DNA from: Clostridia bacterium | Lineage (GTDB): Bacteria > Bacillota > Clostridia > Christensenellales > UBA1242 | Length of the DNA: 64,000 nucleotides | Assembly (NCBI GenBank): GCA_016297915.1 | Contig: JAEDFU010000002.1 | Coordinates: forward strand, 31,798-95,797 | Direction: 5' to 3' | Part shown: positions 27,996-37,555 of the stretch, piece by piece | How positions within the stretch are numbered: position 1 is the stretch's first letter | Layout of the letters: every line of letters starts with the position of its first letter | Notes under the pieces: model-generated | What the model was told of the DNA's origin: nothing | Seen by the model: the letters and a program-made list of their open reading frames with translations, nothing else | Database searches by the model: none | Program-made: the position numbers and the translations under genes

Positions 27996-30359
27996 ATGTA
28001 TATTTCATTAAATTGGATAAAAGATTATGTTGACCTTGACGGCGTTGATGTAATTAATCTTATTAAAAATAGATTTACCCTTGCTGTTGCTGAGATTGAG
28101 GGAATTGAGGAAAAAGGCAAAGATTTAAGCGGTGTTGTTACTGCCAAAATTTTGAGTGTGGAGAGTCATCCAAAGTCCAACAAACTCCACATCCTAAGTG
28201 TCGACAAGGGCGATGAGATTGTTCAAATTGTGTGTGGTGCTCCAAATGTAAAAGAGGGAATGATAGTTCCTCTTGCAACTCTTGGTGCACATGTTGCAGG
28301 GATGACAATTGCTCCTGCAAATTTAGCTGGTGTTGAGTCCTATGGCATGTGTTGTAGTGCCAAGGAACTTGGAATTTCTGATGACCATAGTGGACTACTT
28401 GAGTTTGATAGCAACACTCCTATCGGTGTCGATGTCAAAAAGATTTTGCCAATTGAGGATATAGTCTTTGAGATAGACAACAAGAGTTTAACCAATAGAC
28501 CAGACCTTTGGGGGCACTATGGCATAGCAAGAGAGATTTCGGCTTTGACTGGCAGAAAACTCAAACCTTTGGATGTTTTGCAAGAGGATACATCTGGGCT
28601 CAAAAAACTAGACATAAGCGTACATAGTGATACATGCTTTAGATATTCGTCGGCAACAATGAGCCGAATTACCAAGAATGTATCTCCAATGACTATGCAA
28701 ATTAGACTCTATTACACGGGCATGCGTGCAATCAATATGCTTGCCGATGTTACAAACTATATTATGCTTGAACTTGGTCAACCAATGCATGCATTTAATA
28801 ACGAAATTGTCAAGAGTATTGATGTAAAGAATGTTAGCGAGGATACCAACTTTACAACTCTCGACGGCGTTGAGAGAGTATTGCCAAAGGACACAATGGT
28901 TATCTCTTGCAATGGCGAAGTGTCTGCAATTGCTGGCGTCATGGGTGGACTAGATAGTGAGATTAAAGATAATACAAATAGTGTTCTTATTGAGTCGGCA
29001 TGTTTTCATCCAGCCAAGGTTCGTAGAACCGCAACTGCTCTTGGCATGCGTACAGAAGCTAGTGCAAGATACGAAAAATCTCTTGACCCAGAACTTACAA
29101 TGACCGCACTCAAAAGATATATGTATTTGGTTAAATCTATAGATAGTGGTGCAGTGGTTACTTCTGATATAACTGATGTCTACAATTTCAAATACGAGCC
29201 AAAAACAATTGAAATCTCTATGGATTATATCAACAATTATATGGGTGTGGATTTAACGGAAGACTTTGTTGTAAATACTCTTACAAACCTTGAGTTTGGA
29301 GTAGAGCGCCTTGGTGGCGGAAATTTGAAAGTCAAAGTTCCAACTTTTAGAGCAACCAAGGATATACAAGGCAAACCAGATATTGTAGAGGAAGTTGGCA
29401 GAATTTTTGGTTACGATAATATTAAGCCAAAGAGCTGTTGTATGGATGTATTGCCGGTAGACTTGCAACGCAAAATCGCCGACGAGTACGACATAAAATA
29501 CACTCTTGCAACTAAGTTTAATTTAAGTGAGATACACACATATTTGTGGTATGATAGCGAGACAAACAAACAACTTGGTATCAACCCTCCAAGTTATCTA
29601 AGAGTTATTAATTCACTTCAAAAGTACAACGACCAATTGCGTTCAACACTTGTTCCATCTCAGCTAAAAGCTGTAATAGACAACAAAGAGGACTATTCGG
29701 ATTTTGGCGTATTTGAAATTGGTAGTGCGATAATTGGATTGGACGAAAATAACCAAAGCATTGAGCACAAAAAATTGTGTATCACTCTCTATAACAAAAC
29801 AGAAGATGTAAGCAGGCTCCTTGACCTTAAGGAAATGCTAGAGTATACTTGCAACGAAATTTTGCAAACACCAATCACATTTGTGCCAGCAAACACCGAG
29901 TGTGAGTACATGTCTCCAGTTAATTATTACAATATCTATGCAGGGGATGAGTGTTTGGGATTTATTGGCTCTATTCACCCAGCAACTACAATGCAGATAG
30001 GCAAGTGCACAATAGTTACCTGCGAGATTGATTTTACCAAACTTATAACTACCCCAAGACAAGTGGTGACTTTTGAGACGGTTTCTAAGTATCCAAATAG
30101 CGAGCTTGACTTTAACTTTTTGGTTGATGTTGAGACCAATTATGCTACTATCCAAAAGATTGCAACAAGTATTGACTCCGACCTTAATTACAAAGTATCT
30201 TTGCTAGATATCTTTGATAACAAAGACGGAATGATAAGTTATACTCTACATTACGAAATAGGTAGAGACGATAGAACAATGACTGGTGAGGAAATAGAGA
30301 ATTTCCACAAAACAGTCATAGATACTTTTGCCAAGAATAATATAAACTTAAAGTTGTAA
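27996..30359 (+). CDS. pheT: Phenylalanine-tRNA ligase beta subunit
   Basis: 787 aa with an N-terminal tRNA-binding domain (VVTAKILSVESHPKSNKLHILSVD). Follows pheS. Confidence 0.95.
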   Translation: MYISLNWIKDYVDLDGVDVINLIKNRFTLAVAEIEGIEEKGKDLSGVVTAKILSVESHPKSNKLHILSVDKGDEIVQIVCGAPNVKEGMIVPLATLGAHVAGMTIAPANLAGVESYGMCCSAKELGISDDHSGLLEFDSNTPIGVDVKKILPIEDIVFEIDNKSLTNRPDLWGHYGIAREISALTGRKLKPLDVLQEDTSGLKKLDISVHSDTCFRYSSATMSRITKNVSPMTMQIRLYYTGMRAINMLADVTNYIMLELGQPMHAFNNEIVKSIDVKNVSEDTNFTTLDGVERVLPKDTMVISCNGEVSAIAGVMGGLDSEIKDNTNSVLIESACFHPAKVRRTATALGMRTEASARYEKSLDPELTMTALKRYMYLVKSIDSGAVVTSDITDVYNFKYEPKTIEISMDYINNYMGVDLTEDFVVNTLTNLEFGVERLGGGNLKVKVPTFRATKDIQGKPDIVEEVGRIFGYDNIKPKSCCMDVLPVDLQRKIADEYDIKYTLATKFNLSEIHTYLWYDSETNKQLGINPPSYLRVINSLQKYNDQLRSTLVPSQLKAVIDNKEDYSDFGVFEIGSAIIGLDENNQSIEHKKLCITLYNKTEDVSRLLDLKEMLEYTCNEILQTPITFVPANTECEYMSPVNYYNIYAGDECLGFIGSIHPATTMQIGKCTIVTCEIDFTKLITTPRQVVTFETVSKYPNSELDFNFLVDVETNYATIQKIATSIDSDLNYKVSLLDIFDNKDGMISYTLHYEIGRDDRTMTGEEIENFHKTVIDTFAKNNINLKL

Positions 30360-30384
30360 TCAAAAAATAAATATATATTGGAAT

Positions 30385-30432
30385 TAAAAAAAACAAGGGG
30401 AGCAAGCGATATACTTGCCTCCTTGTTTTTTA
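30385..30432. terminator. Bidirectional terminator between pheT and the GNAT gene
   Basis: Imperfect hairpin aacaaggggagcaag / cttgcctccttgtt with a flanking A-run and T-run. Confidence 0.7.
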
Positions 30433-30436
30433 TCTT

Positions 30437-31621
30437 TTAATCTACCCTGAGAGTTTCCATAAAAGATGACTCAGAGAATAGATTAAATAAGTTGTCGTCT
30501 TTGAGCTTTTTTATGCTCTTTTCATTTAGTACTAGTTCGTCAGATAGATTTATAAATTTGTTGTTCCAAGGCTCGACATGTTTGTCAATTAGACTCAAAC
30601 TATAGATTTTTGGCTTGCCGAATTTAATCAAAAAGCTATTTTCTTGTTTGTTGTCATAGTTTTCTTCGAGTTGCATGGTTTTCTTGTAAATACCTAGAGC
30701 GTTGTAATTCCATGTCTCATAAGTAAAGAGTCGGAAGTTCTTTTTGTTATAATGTTTGGCAATATCTAATATTTTGAGTAACATTTGGGTGCCAATACCA
30801 TTGTTTCTATATTTTGCATCCACACCAAACCAGTTAATCCAAATATCGTCTGGATACTCCTTTATTTCGTACAAACCAATTATGCCTACAGGACAGTTAT
30901 TAAGATAGACCAAAAAGTTTATAGGTAGAATTTTGTTTTTGTATCTATTGTGTGTCTTAATTTCTTGTAAATAATCTAGGTAGCCGACATTGTTCATCGA
31001 ATAAAATATATTAAACTGTAATCTGGCAGCGTCTATAATGTTGTTCTTGTTTATTTCAACAAATTTCAAATAATATCTGCTGTTCTTTTTGACATGGTCT
31101 TTCAAAAACAAATTTTTGTTATTCCATGGAATTATTTTATTTTGAGTAAGAGACAGAGAATAAATAATTAGGTCTCCAACAAGGTAGCCGATATATTTTT
31201 CTTTGGTGTAATATTCCTTAAACATATTCATTTTTTCGTAAAAATTAGTGGCTACAAAATCATATTTGTCATCTGCATATACTCTCAAAGATTTATAGCC
31301 CTTTTTGAGTGCAAGATCTTTTGTAAACTCAAACATTTTTGTGCCATAGCCCATTCTTCTAAATGCAGGCAAAACTCCATACCAGCCGAGCCACGCATCT
31401 AAGGGATATTCTTTGTATGAGTATATTCCAGTTATTCCTATGTAGAACTTTCCGTTATGAACAAGATAATACTCCAAATACTTGTAATACTTTTTGCTCT
31501 TGTTGATAGACTCTTTCAAATCGTCCTCACCATTTTCTAGAGGAAACAATCTTCTTTGGATTTTTAATGCTCGATCTATATTTTTTTCAGTTACTTTTTC
31601 ATAAGTAAGTTTGCACTTCAT
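30437..31621 (-). CDS. Tandem double-GNAT N-acetyltransferase
   Basis: Two GNAT cores (RRMGYGTKMF and RNNGIGTQML) in one 394-aa chain. Each half ends with IYSLSL..x..PWNNK. SD aggaga. Confidence 0.8.
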   Translation of the reverse strand: MKCKLTYEKVTEKNIDRALKIQRRLFPLENGEDDLKESINKSKKYYKYLEYYLVHNGKFYIGITGIYSYKEYPLDAWLGWYGVLPAFRRMGYGTKMFEFTKDLALKKGYKSLRVYADDKYDFVATNFYEKMNMFKEYYTKEKYIGYLVGDLIIYSLSLTQNKIIPWNNKNLFLKDHVKKNSRYYLKFVEINKNNIIDAARLQFNIFYSMNNVGYLDYLQEIKTHNRYKNKILPINFLVYLNNCPVGIIGLYEIKEYPDDIWINWFGVDAKYRNNGIGTQMLLKILDIAKHYNKKNFRLFTYETWNYNALGIYKKTMQLEENYDNKQENSFLIKFGKPKIYSLSLIDKHVEPWNNKFINLSDELVLNEKSIKKLKDDNLFNLFSESSFMETLRVD

Positions 31622-31764
31622 TATTTATCTCCTGAGTTTTCTTGATAATTATATTTGCCTACACACCATTAAAACAAAGTGATAGTAATCAAATCATATT
31701 CCATATTAGTATATCATAAGTGTTACGATTTTGTATTGTTTTTGAACATACATCTGATTATGGG

Positions 31765-31800
31765 CAACAAAAAACCACCTTTTTTAATTTTGGTGGCTTT
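31765..31800 (-). terminator. Terminator of the nucleoside hydrolase gene
   Basis: Minus strand reads aaagccacca...ggtggtttttt. Confidence 0.65.
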
Positions 31801-31809
31801 TGTCAAATA

Positions 31810-32715
31810 CTAAGGCATGCGTTTGAGGATTTTGAAATATAAATCCTTGTACTTTTTGCCGTCCATGTATGTTACAACTGTGCTGTTTGGCGCTTGTGTT
31901 ATGTCAAAGTTAAGTACTGCTGTTTTTTCCTTTTTGAGGAAGTTTACATATGTGTACATTTGCTCGGTCTCAAAAATTTGAGGTTTGACAAGATACGCAA
32001 CTGCACAAGCATCGTGAGATGCAATTCCAACAGTTACATGTGTATCTTTGTAACTCTTGTATATTTCGTGTAACATATGACCAGACTTGCCACATCTATC
32101 GGTTTTTGCAATCTCCTCTCTATTAAGATATGCGTAGTGACCATGGTCGCTAGGGCAAACAACTATTTTGACGCCAGATTTCCAGACAAGGTCAGCAGCC
32201 TCTGGATCTTGGAAAATATTAAAGCCAATATATCTGCTGTTTTGATTATCAAGAAGTAGTCCGCCACTAAACAATATGTAGTCGATTTTGTCTTTGATAT
32301 CTGGATGAAGTTTGATAAGTGTTGCAATATTTGTAAGTGGTGCTAGGGCTACAATAATAACTTTTTTGTCAGACTCCTTGAGTACTTGATACATTTTGGT
32401 TACAGCGTCCTCACGGCAAGGTTTAAGTTCGCACTTAGGAAATTTCCAATCGCCAAGTCCTGATTTGCCGTGTGCCTGAATAGAATTATCTTTCTCTCTA
32501 GCTATAGGTTTTTCAGCACCAACAGCAACAGGAATGTCTCTAACATTTATTGCTTGCAAAAAGTTCAGTGTATTTTTGGTGATTTTGTCAATGGTGACAT
32601 TTCCGCAAACTGTGGTGATAAGTTTAATATTTAGATTTTTGGAATATGTAGCAATGGCAAGAGCAATTGCATCATCAATACCTGGGTCAACATCAATTAT
32701 TATATCTTTTTTCAT
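31810..32715 (-). CDS. Inosine/uridine-preferring nucleoside hydrolase family protein
   Basis: N-terminal DVDPGIDDAIAL (DxDxxxDD) motif. 301 aa. Confidence 0.88.
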   Translation of the reverse strand: MKKDIIIDVDPGIDDAIALAIATYSKNLNIKLITTVCGNVTIDKITKNTLNFLQAINVRDIPVAVGAEKPIAREKDNSIQAHGKSGLGDWKFPKCELKPCREDAVTKMYQVLKESDKKVIIVALAPLTNIATLIKLHPDIKDKIDYILFSGGLLLDNQNSRYIGFNIFQDPEAADLVWKSGVKIVVCPSDHGHYAYLNREEIAKTDRCGKSGHMLHEIYKSYKDTHVTVGIASHDACAVAYLVKPQIFETEQMYTYVNFLKKEKTAVLNFDITQAPNSTVVTYMDGKKYKDLYFKILKRMP

Positions 32716-32849
32716 AAGTATATCCTTTTTTAGTTAATGATATATATATTCTATTATAATTTCAAAAAATTTCAAACTATTTTGTACACACATTATTTGA
32801 CAATTAATTTCAAGTTATACTAAAATGATTGTAAATAAAGAGGTGAAAA

Positions 32850-34025
32850 ATGCCAAAGAAACTAACCAAAAAACAAAAAAGGCAAGTGCGTAATTTTGTG
32901 AGCAGAAATATTATTCTGGTCAGCGTTTTGTTAATTATAATAGTTTCATTTGCGGTATTTGCTTATTACAAGGGTTGGTTAGACAAAATTTTCAAAAAAG
33001 AAGAGTCTCCAATTCTTTCGACTGCGGGTGGATATGTAACAACTGTGGACAATCTCAAAGATATTAAGGTTAACTTTTTGGATGTGGGTCAGGGCGACTC
33101 GATGATAATAGAGCTTCCTGACGGCAAGCATATGATTATAGATAGTGGCAAGTATTCTAAGGCAAAAAATGCAATCAAGGAATTTGCCGATAGCAAAAAT
33201 ATAACTACATTTGATTATTTGCTATTAACACATGCTGACCTTGACCATGTTGGCAACATGGCATGGGTGATTGACACTTATGATATTAATTACATATTTA
33301 GACCAAATAATTATAGCGGTCACACTAAGAGTGCTGGACTTCCTAGTGACTTTAATTCCAAGACAGAGGGTGGATATGTAGTAACGACCGAAACTTATGC
33401 CAAATTTATGGTGTCGGCGTACAATGAAAAATGCACTGTCGAGATTGTAAACAAGGATAGCGACTTTACAAATAAAGTAGTTTTCGGTGGGGTTGAATAC
33501 GAATACACTTTTGACTTTTTGACGCCTATTGCAAGCAAGTCTCAAGTCAAATACTCCGACCCCAATAACTATTCTCCTATCGTTATGCTCAAGTATAGGG
33601 GAAATTCAATAATGTTTACAGGTGATGCCGAAGAGGAAATGCTTGAGGAATATGTTTTGGAATATTCTGACCAAAATAATGTTGATGTGCTCAAAGTGGG
33701 TCACCACGGAAGTTACAATGCGACAACTCAGGAATTTGTTGATGCAATTGACCCAGAGTATGCTGTAATCCAATGCGGTCTTGGCAATGAATATGGACAT
33801 CCTCATGCACAGGCATTGCAGAGGCTCAAGACTCATGACGAAAATATGCTAGTGTACCGAAACGACACCAATGGACTTATTACTCTAAGTCTTGGCGGTG
33901 GTGTTAGTTTTGATTTGCAAAATACCGATTGCACATACAACTTTACAGCTGGTGCAAATATGCCAACAACACTAAGCCTTAACTACTTTGAATATTTGCA
34001 AAATAGACAAATACTTGTAGCATAA
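32850..34025 (+). CDS. Membrane-anchored metallo-beta-lactamase-fold protein of the ComEC C-terminal type (no channel domain)
   Basis: One N-terminal TM segment, then DVGQGDSMIIELPDG, HADLDHVGN and VGHHGS motifs. Confidence 0.75.
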   Translation: MPKKLTKKQKRQVRNFVSRNIILVSVLLIIIVSFAVFAYYKGWLDKIFKKEESPILSTAGGYVTTVDNLKDIKVNFLDVGQGDSMIIELPDGKHMIIDSGKYSKAKNAIKEFADSKNITTFDYLLLTHADLDHVGNMAWVIDTYDINYIFRPNNYSGHTKSAGLPSDFNSKTEGGYVVTTETYAKFMVSAYNEKCTVEIVNKDSDFTNKVVFGGVEYEYTFDFLTPIASKSQVKYSDPNNYSPIVMLKYRGNSIMFTGDAEEEMLEEYVLEYSDQNNVDVLKVGHHGSYNATTQEFVDAIDPEYAVIQCGLGNEYGHPHAQALQRLKTHDENMLVYRNDTNGLITLSLGGGVSFDLQNTDCTYNFTAGANMPTTLSLNYFEYLQNRQILVA

Positions 34026-34040
34026 ATTTGGGAGGAAATT

Positions 34041-34946
34041 ATGTATCTAATTGGAGTAGATATTGGCGGAACTAATCTTAAGATAGGATTAGTTGAGGAC
34101 GCAAAAATTATTGATAAACTGGTTGTTCCGACCGACAAGGAAGATGTTTGCAATCAGATGATAGCAACAATATACCAATTGCTCGAAAATAATAATCTTG
34201 CCAAAGAGGATTTGGCTTGCATTGGTATTGCTTGTCCGGGGATTATCAAAGACGGAACAATTAGAGAGAGTGCAAATCTCAAACTCACTGGTTGCAATAT
34301 GCAAGGAATAATAGCCGATGAATTTGGCGTCAAGGTGTATGTCAAAAACGATGCCGACATGGCAACTCTTGCCGAGCATGAACTTGGCGGAGGCAAGGGA
34401 TTTGAAAATATGGTCATGATAACCATAGGCACAGGAATTGGTGGCGGAATTATTATTGACAACAAATTATACGAGGGCAACGGTGGTGCTGGAGAACTTG
34501 GTCATATTTTATTCAAAAAAGACGGCATCAAATGCAATTGTGGCAGGCTTGGCTGTGTCGAAAAATATATCTCTGCAATAGCACTATCTAATAGAGCCAA
34601 AGAAATGATGCGAGAAATGCCAACCAAAATTCCAAGTGCGGATATTATCAATGCAAGCGTACTGCAAGAGTATTATCTCAAAGGCGATAAGTGTGCAATT
34701 ACTATCCTTGACGAGTATATATCTGACCTTGCTGATTATGTACTAAATCTATGCAATATCTTCCGACCAGAGGCTATTTTGATAGGCGGAGGAATCACTT
34801 ATGCGCCTATGATTATCGAAAAAGTTGGTTCTTTATGCAAAAAACACAACTTTGGATACCCAAATTCAGTTCCAGTTTTGATAACTTCAGCCAAATTAGG
34901 CAACGATGCTGGCATTTTGGGGGTAGTTTCTGTCAACAAAAATTAA
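34041..34946 (+). CDS. ROK-family sugar kinase (glucokinase-like)
   Basis: GVDIGGTNLK, the zinc motif CNCGRLGCVEKY, and GGG. Confidence 0.85.
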   Translation: MYLIGVDIGGTNLKIGLVEDAKIIDKLVVPTDKEDVCNQMIATIYQLLENNNLAKEDLACIGIACPGIIKDGTIRESANLKLTGCNMQGIIADEFGVKVYVKNDADMATLAEHELGGGKGFENMVMITIGTGIGGGIIIDNKLYEGNGGAGELGHILFKKDGIKCNCGRLGCVEKYISAIALSNRAKEMMREMPTKIPSADIINASVLQEYYLKGDKCAITILDEYISDLADYVLNLCNIFRPEAILIGGGITYAPMIIEKVGSLCKKHNFGYPNSVPVLITSAKLGNDAGILGVVSVNKN

Positions 34947-34982
34947 GATATTTTGAGGGTTCAAAATTTAAAATTGTGGAGT

Positions 34983-35015
34983 GTAGCCAATTTTCAAAGC
35001 TGGCTACTTTTTTTT
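34983..35015 (+). terminator. Rho-independent terminator after the ROK kinase gene
   Basis: Hairpin gtagcca / tggctac followed by T8. Confidence 0.7.
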
Positions 35016-35090
35016 GACAAAATATTTATAAATATTACAAATTTTGCAAGAAAATTTATTTTATTTTTCTAATAAAATTTAGTTGACGAA

Positions 35091-35138
35091 ACACAATATA
35101 TGGTGTTATGCTAAAGTCAGAAACACAATATATATGTT
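35091..35138 (+). promoter_or_regulatory. Two NrdR boxes overlapping the nrdD promoter
   Basis: ACACAATATATGGTGT (35091-35106) and ACACAATATATATGTT (35123-35138) are 32 bp apart centre to centre. TTGACG -35 sits at 35083-35088 and TATGCT at 35107-35112. Confidence 0.8.
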
Positions 35139-35190
35139 CTGACGACGATTTGTGTAACTAACTAATAATTTATTTTTTAAGGAGAAAACA

Positions 35191-37554
35191 ATGATTACCA
35201 AAGTAAGGAAAAGAGATGGACGATTAGTTGATTATGATATCGGTAAGGTAGAAAATGCTATTGCCAAAGCAATGATTTCGCTAGGTGACGGAGAAATCAA
35301 AGATTGCAAAAAAATGGCAAAGATAACCGAACTTAATCTTATGGAGCAATTTGAGGACAAAATCCCAAGCGTTGAGGATATACAAGATATTGTAGAAAAA
35401 GTTCTTATGACTAATGGCTACGAAAATGTTGCCAAAGCATATATTTTGTATCGTAGAGATCACGAAAAAGTAAGAAATATCCAAAACACAATGATGGACT
35501 ACAAGCAAACAGTTGACAAATATCTAAACCTTGCCGATTGGAGAGTTAAGGAAAATTCAACTGTTACATATTCGGTAGGAGGACTAATACTTAGCAACTC
35601 AGGTGCAATTACTGCTAACTATTGGCTAAGCGAAGTTTATGACAAAGAGATTGAGCAAGCTCACAAAAATGCGGATATTCATATCCACGATTTAAGCATG
35701 CTTACAGGTTATTGCGCTGGTTGGAGTCTTAAGCAACTAATAATGGAAGGTCTAGGCGGTGTCCCTGGCAAAATTACATCCAAACCTGCTAGCCACTTGT
35801 CTACACTTTGCAACCAAATGGTTAACTTTTTGGGCATAATGCAAAATGAATGGGCTGGCGCTCAAGCGTTCTCTTCGTTTGATACTTATCTTGCTCCTTT
35901 TGTTAAGATAGATAATCTTAGTTACAAGGAAGTTAAACAATGTATCCAAAGCTTTATTTATGGTGTAAACACTCCATCAAGATGGGGAACTCAAGCTCCA
36001 TTTACAAATATTACGCTTGACTGGGTTGTGCCAAATGACTTGGCAGAACTCAATGCTATTGTTGGTGGCGTTGAGCAAAACTTTAAGTACAAAGATTGCG
36101 CCAAAGAAATGGCAATGGTCAACAAGGCATTTATCGAAATTATGATTGAGGGTGATGCCAATGGCAGAGGATTCCAGTATCCAATTCCTACTTACTCTAT
36201 CACTAGTAACTTTGACTGGTCTGAGACCGAGAATAACAAATTGTTATTTGAAATGACAACTAAGTATGGAACACCATATTTTTCAAATTACATCAACTCA
36301 GATATGGAGCCTAGTGATGTAAGAAGTATGTGTTGTAGACTTAGACTAGACTTAAGAGAACTACGCAAAAAATCTGGTGGTTACTTTGGCTCTGGTGAGA
36401 GCACAGGAAGTGTAGGTGTTGTTACAATCAACATGCCAAGAATTGCATATCTATCCAAGACAGAGGATGAGTTCTTTGAGAGACTTGACCACATGATGGA
36501 TATATCAGCTAGATCACTTAAGACCAAGAGAGAGATTATCACCAAACTTCTTGAGTACGGTCTATATCCTTACACCAAGAGATACTTGGGTACATTCAAT
36601 AATCACTTCTCAACAATTGGACTAGTTGGAATGAACGAGGCTTGTCTAAATGCAATTTGGATTGGTGAGGATTTAACTCATACCAATGCTCAAGAGTTCA
36701 CCAAAAAAGTTCTTAATCACATGAGAGATAGACTAAGCGACTATCAAGAAAAATATGGTGACCTATATAACTTGGAAGCAACTCCAGCAGAGAGTACATC
36801 ATATAGACTTGCCAAACACGATAGAGAGAGATATCCAGATATCATCACAGCAAGCAAGAATAACAATGTCCCATATTACACAAATAGTTCGCACTTGCCA
36901 GTAGACTTTACATCAGATATCTTTGAGGCGCTAGATATCCAAGACGAACTTCAAACATTGTATACATCAGGAACAGTATTCCATGCATTCCTAGGCGAAA
37001 AATTGGAGGACTGGAAAGTTACAATGAACTTGGTCAAAAAGATTGCCGAAAACTACAAACTCCCATACTATACAATTAGTCCAACATACTCTGTTTGTAG
37101 AACCCATGGCTATATTGCAGGCGAGCACTTTGAGTGCCCAGAATGTGGAGCTCCTGCCGAAGTTTATTCTAGAATTACAGGTTATTATAGACCAGTACAA
37201 AACTGGAATGATGGCAAATCGGAAGAATTTAAGGAAAGAAAAACTTACGATATTGCAAATAGCAAACTAACCAAAAAACATGAATGTGAATGCGTCGAAC
37301 AAACTGAGCAAGCTCCTGTTCTAGAAGATATTACGCTCTTTGCAACCAAGACTTGTCCAAACTGCAAAATGGCCAAGATGCTTCTCGACAAAGCAAAAAT
37401 CAAGTACAATGTAGTTGATGCAGAGGATATGGCTGACTTTACAAAAAGTTGTGGAGTAACCAAAGCTCCAACTCTACTTGTTCCAACCAAAGACGGAGTT
37501 CAAGTTTACGACAACGCAAGCGAAATAAGACGCTATATTGAGGAAAGAAAATAA
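35191..37554 (+). CDS. nrdD: Anaerobic (class III) ribonucleoside-triphosphate reductase with a C-terminal glutaredoxin/NrdH-like domain
   Basis: N-terminal ATP-cone, Zn site CRTHG...CPECG, and glycyl-radical motif SRITGYYRP. An extra 74 aa follow at the C-terminus (see next feature). Confidence 0.92.
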   Translation: MITKVRKRDGRLVDYDIGKVENAIAKAMISLGDGEIKDCKKMAKITELNLMEQFEDKIPSVEDIQDIVEKVLMTNGYENVAKAYILYRRDHEKVRNIQNTMMDYKQTVDKYLNLADWRVKENSTVTYSVGGLILSNSGAITANYWLSEVYDKEIEQAHKNADIHIHDLSMLTGYCAGWSLKQLIMEGLGGVPGKITSKPASHLSTLCNQMVNFLGIMQNEWAGAQAFSSFDTYLAPFVKIDNLSYKEVKQCIQSFIYGVNTPSRWGTQAPFTNITLDWVVPNDLAELNAIVGGVEQNFKYKDCAKEMAMVNKAFIEIMIEGDANGRGFQYPIPTYSITSNFDWSETENNKLLFEMTTKYGTPYFSNYINSDMEPSDVRSMCCRLRLDLRELRKKSGGYFGSGESTGSVGVVTINMPRIAYLSKTEDEFFERLDHMMDISARSLKTKREIITKLLEYGLYPYTKRYLGTFNNHFSTIGLVGMNEACLNAIWIGEDLTHTNAQEFTKKVLNHMRDRLSDYQEKYGDLYNLEATPAESTSYRLAKHDRERYPDIITASKNNNVPYYTNSSHLPVDFTSDIFEALDIQDELQTLYTSGTVFHAFLGEKLEDWKVTMNLVKKIAENYKLPYYTISPTYSVCRTHGYIAGEHFECPECGAPAEVYSRITGYYRPVQNWNDGKSEEFKERKTYDIANSKLTKKHECECVEQTEQAPVLEDITLFATKTCPNCKMAKMLLDKAKIKYNVVDAEDMADFTKSCGVTKAPTLLVPTKDGVQVYDNASEIRRYIEERK
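37330..37551 (+). other. Glutaredoxin/NrdH-like redoxin domain fused to the NrdD C-terminus
   Basis: ITLFATKTCPNCKMAKMLLDKAKIKYNVVDAED...KAPTLLVP...: a CPxC motif after beta1 and a cis-Pro-type TL(L)VP, matching the thioredoxin-fold pattern. Confidence 0.75.
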
Positions 37555-37555
37555 T

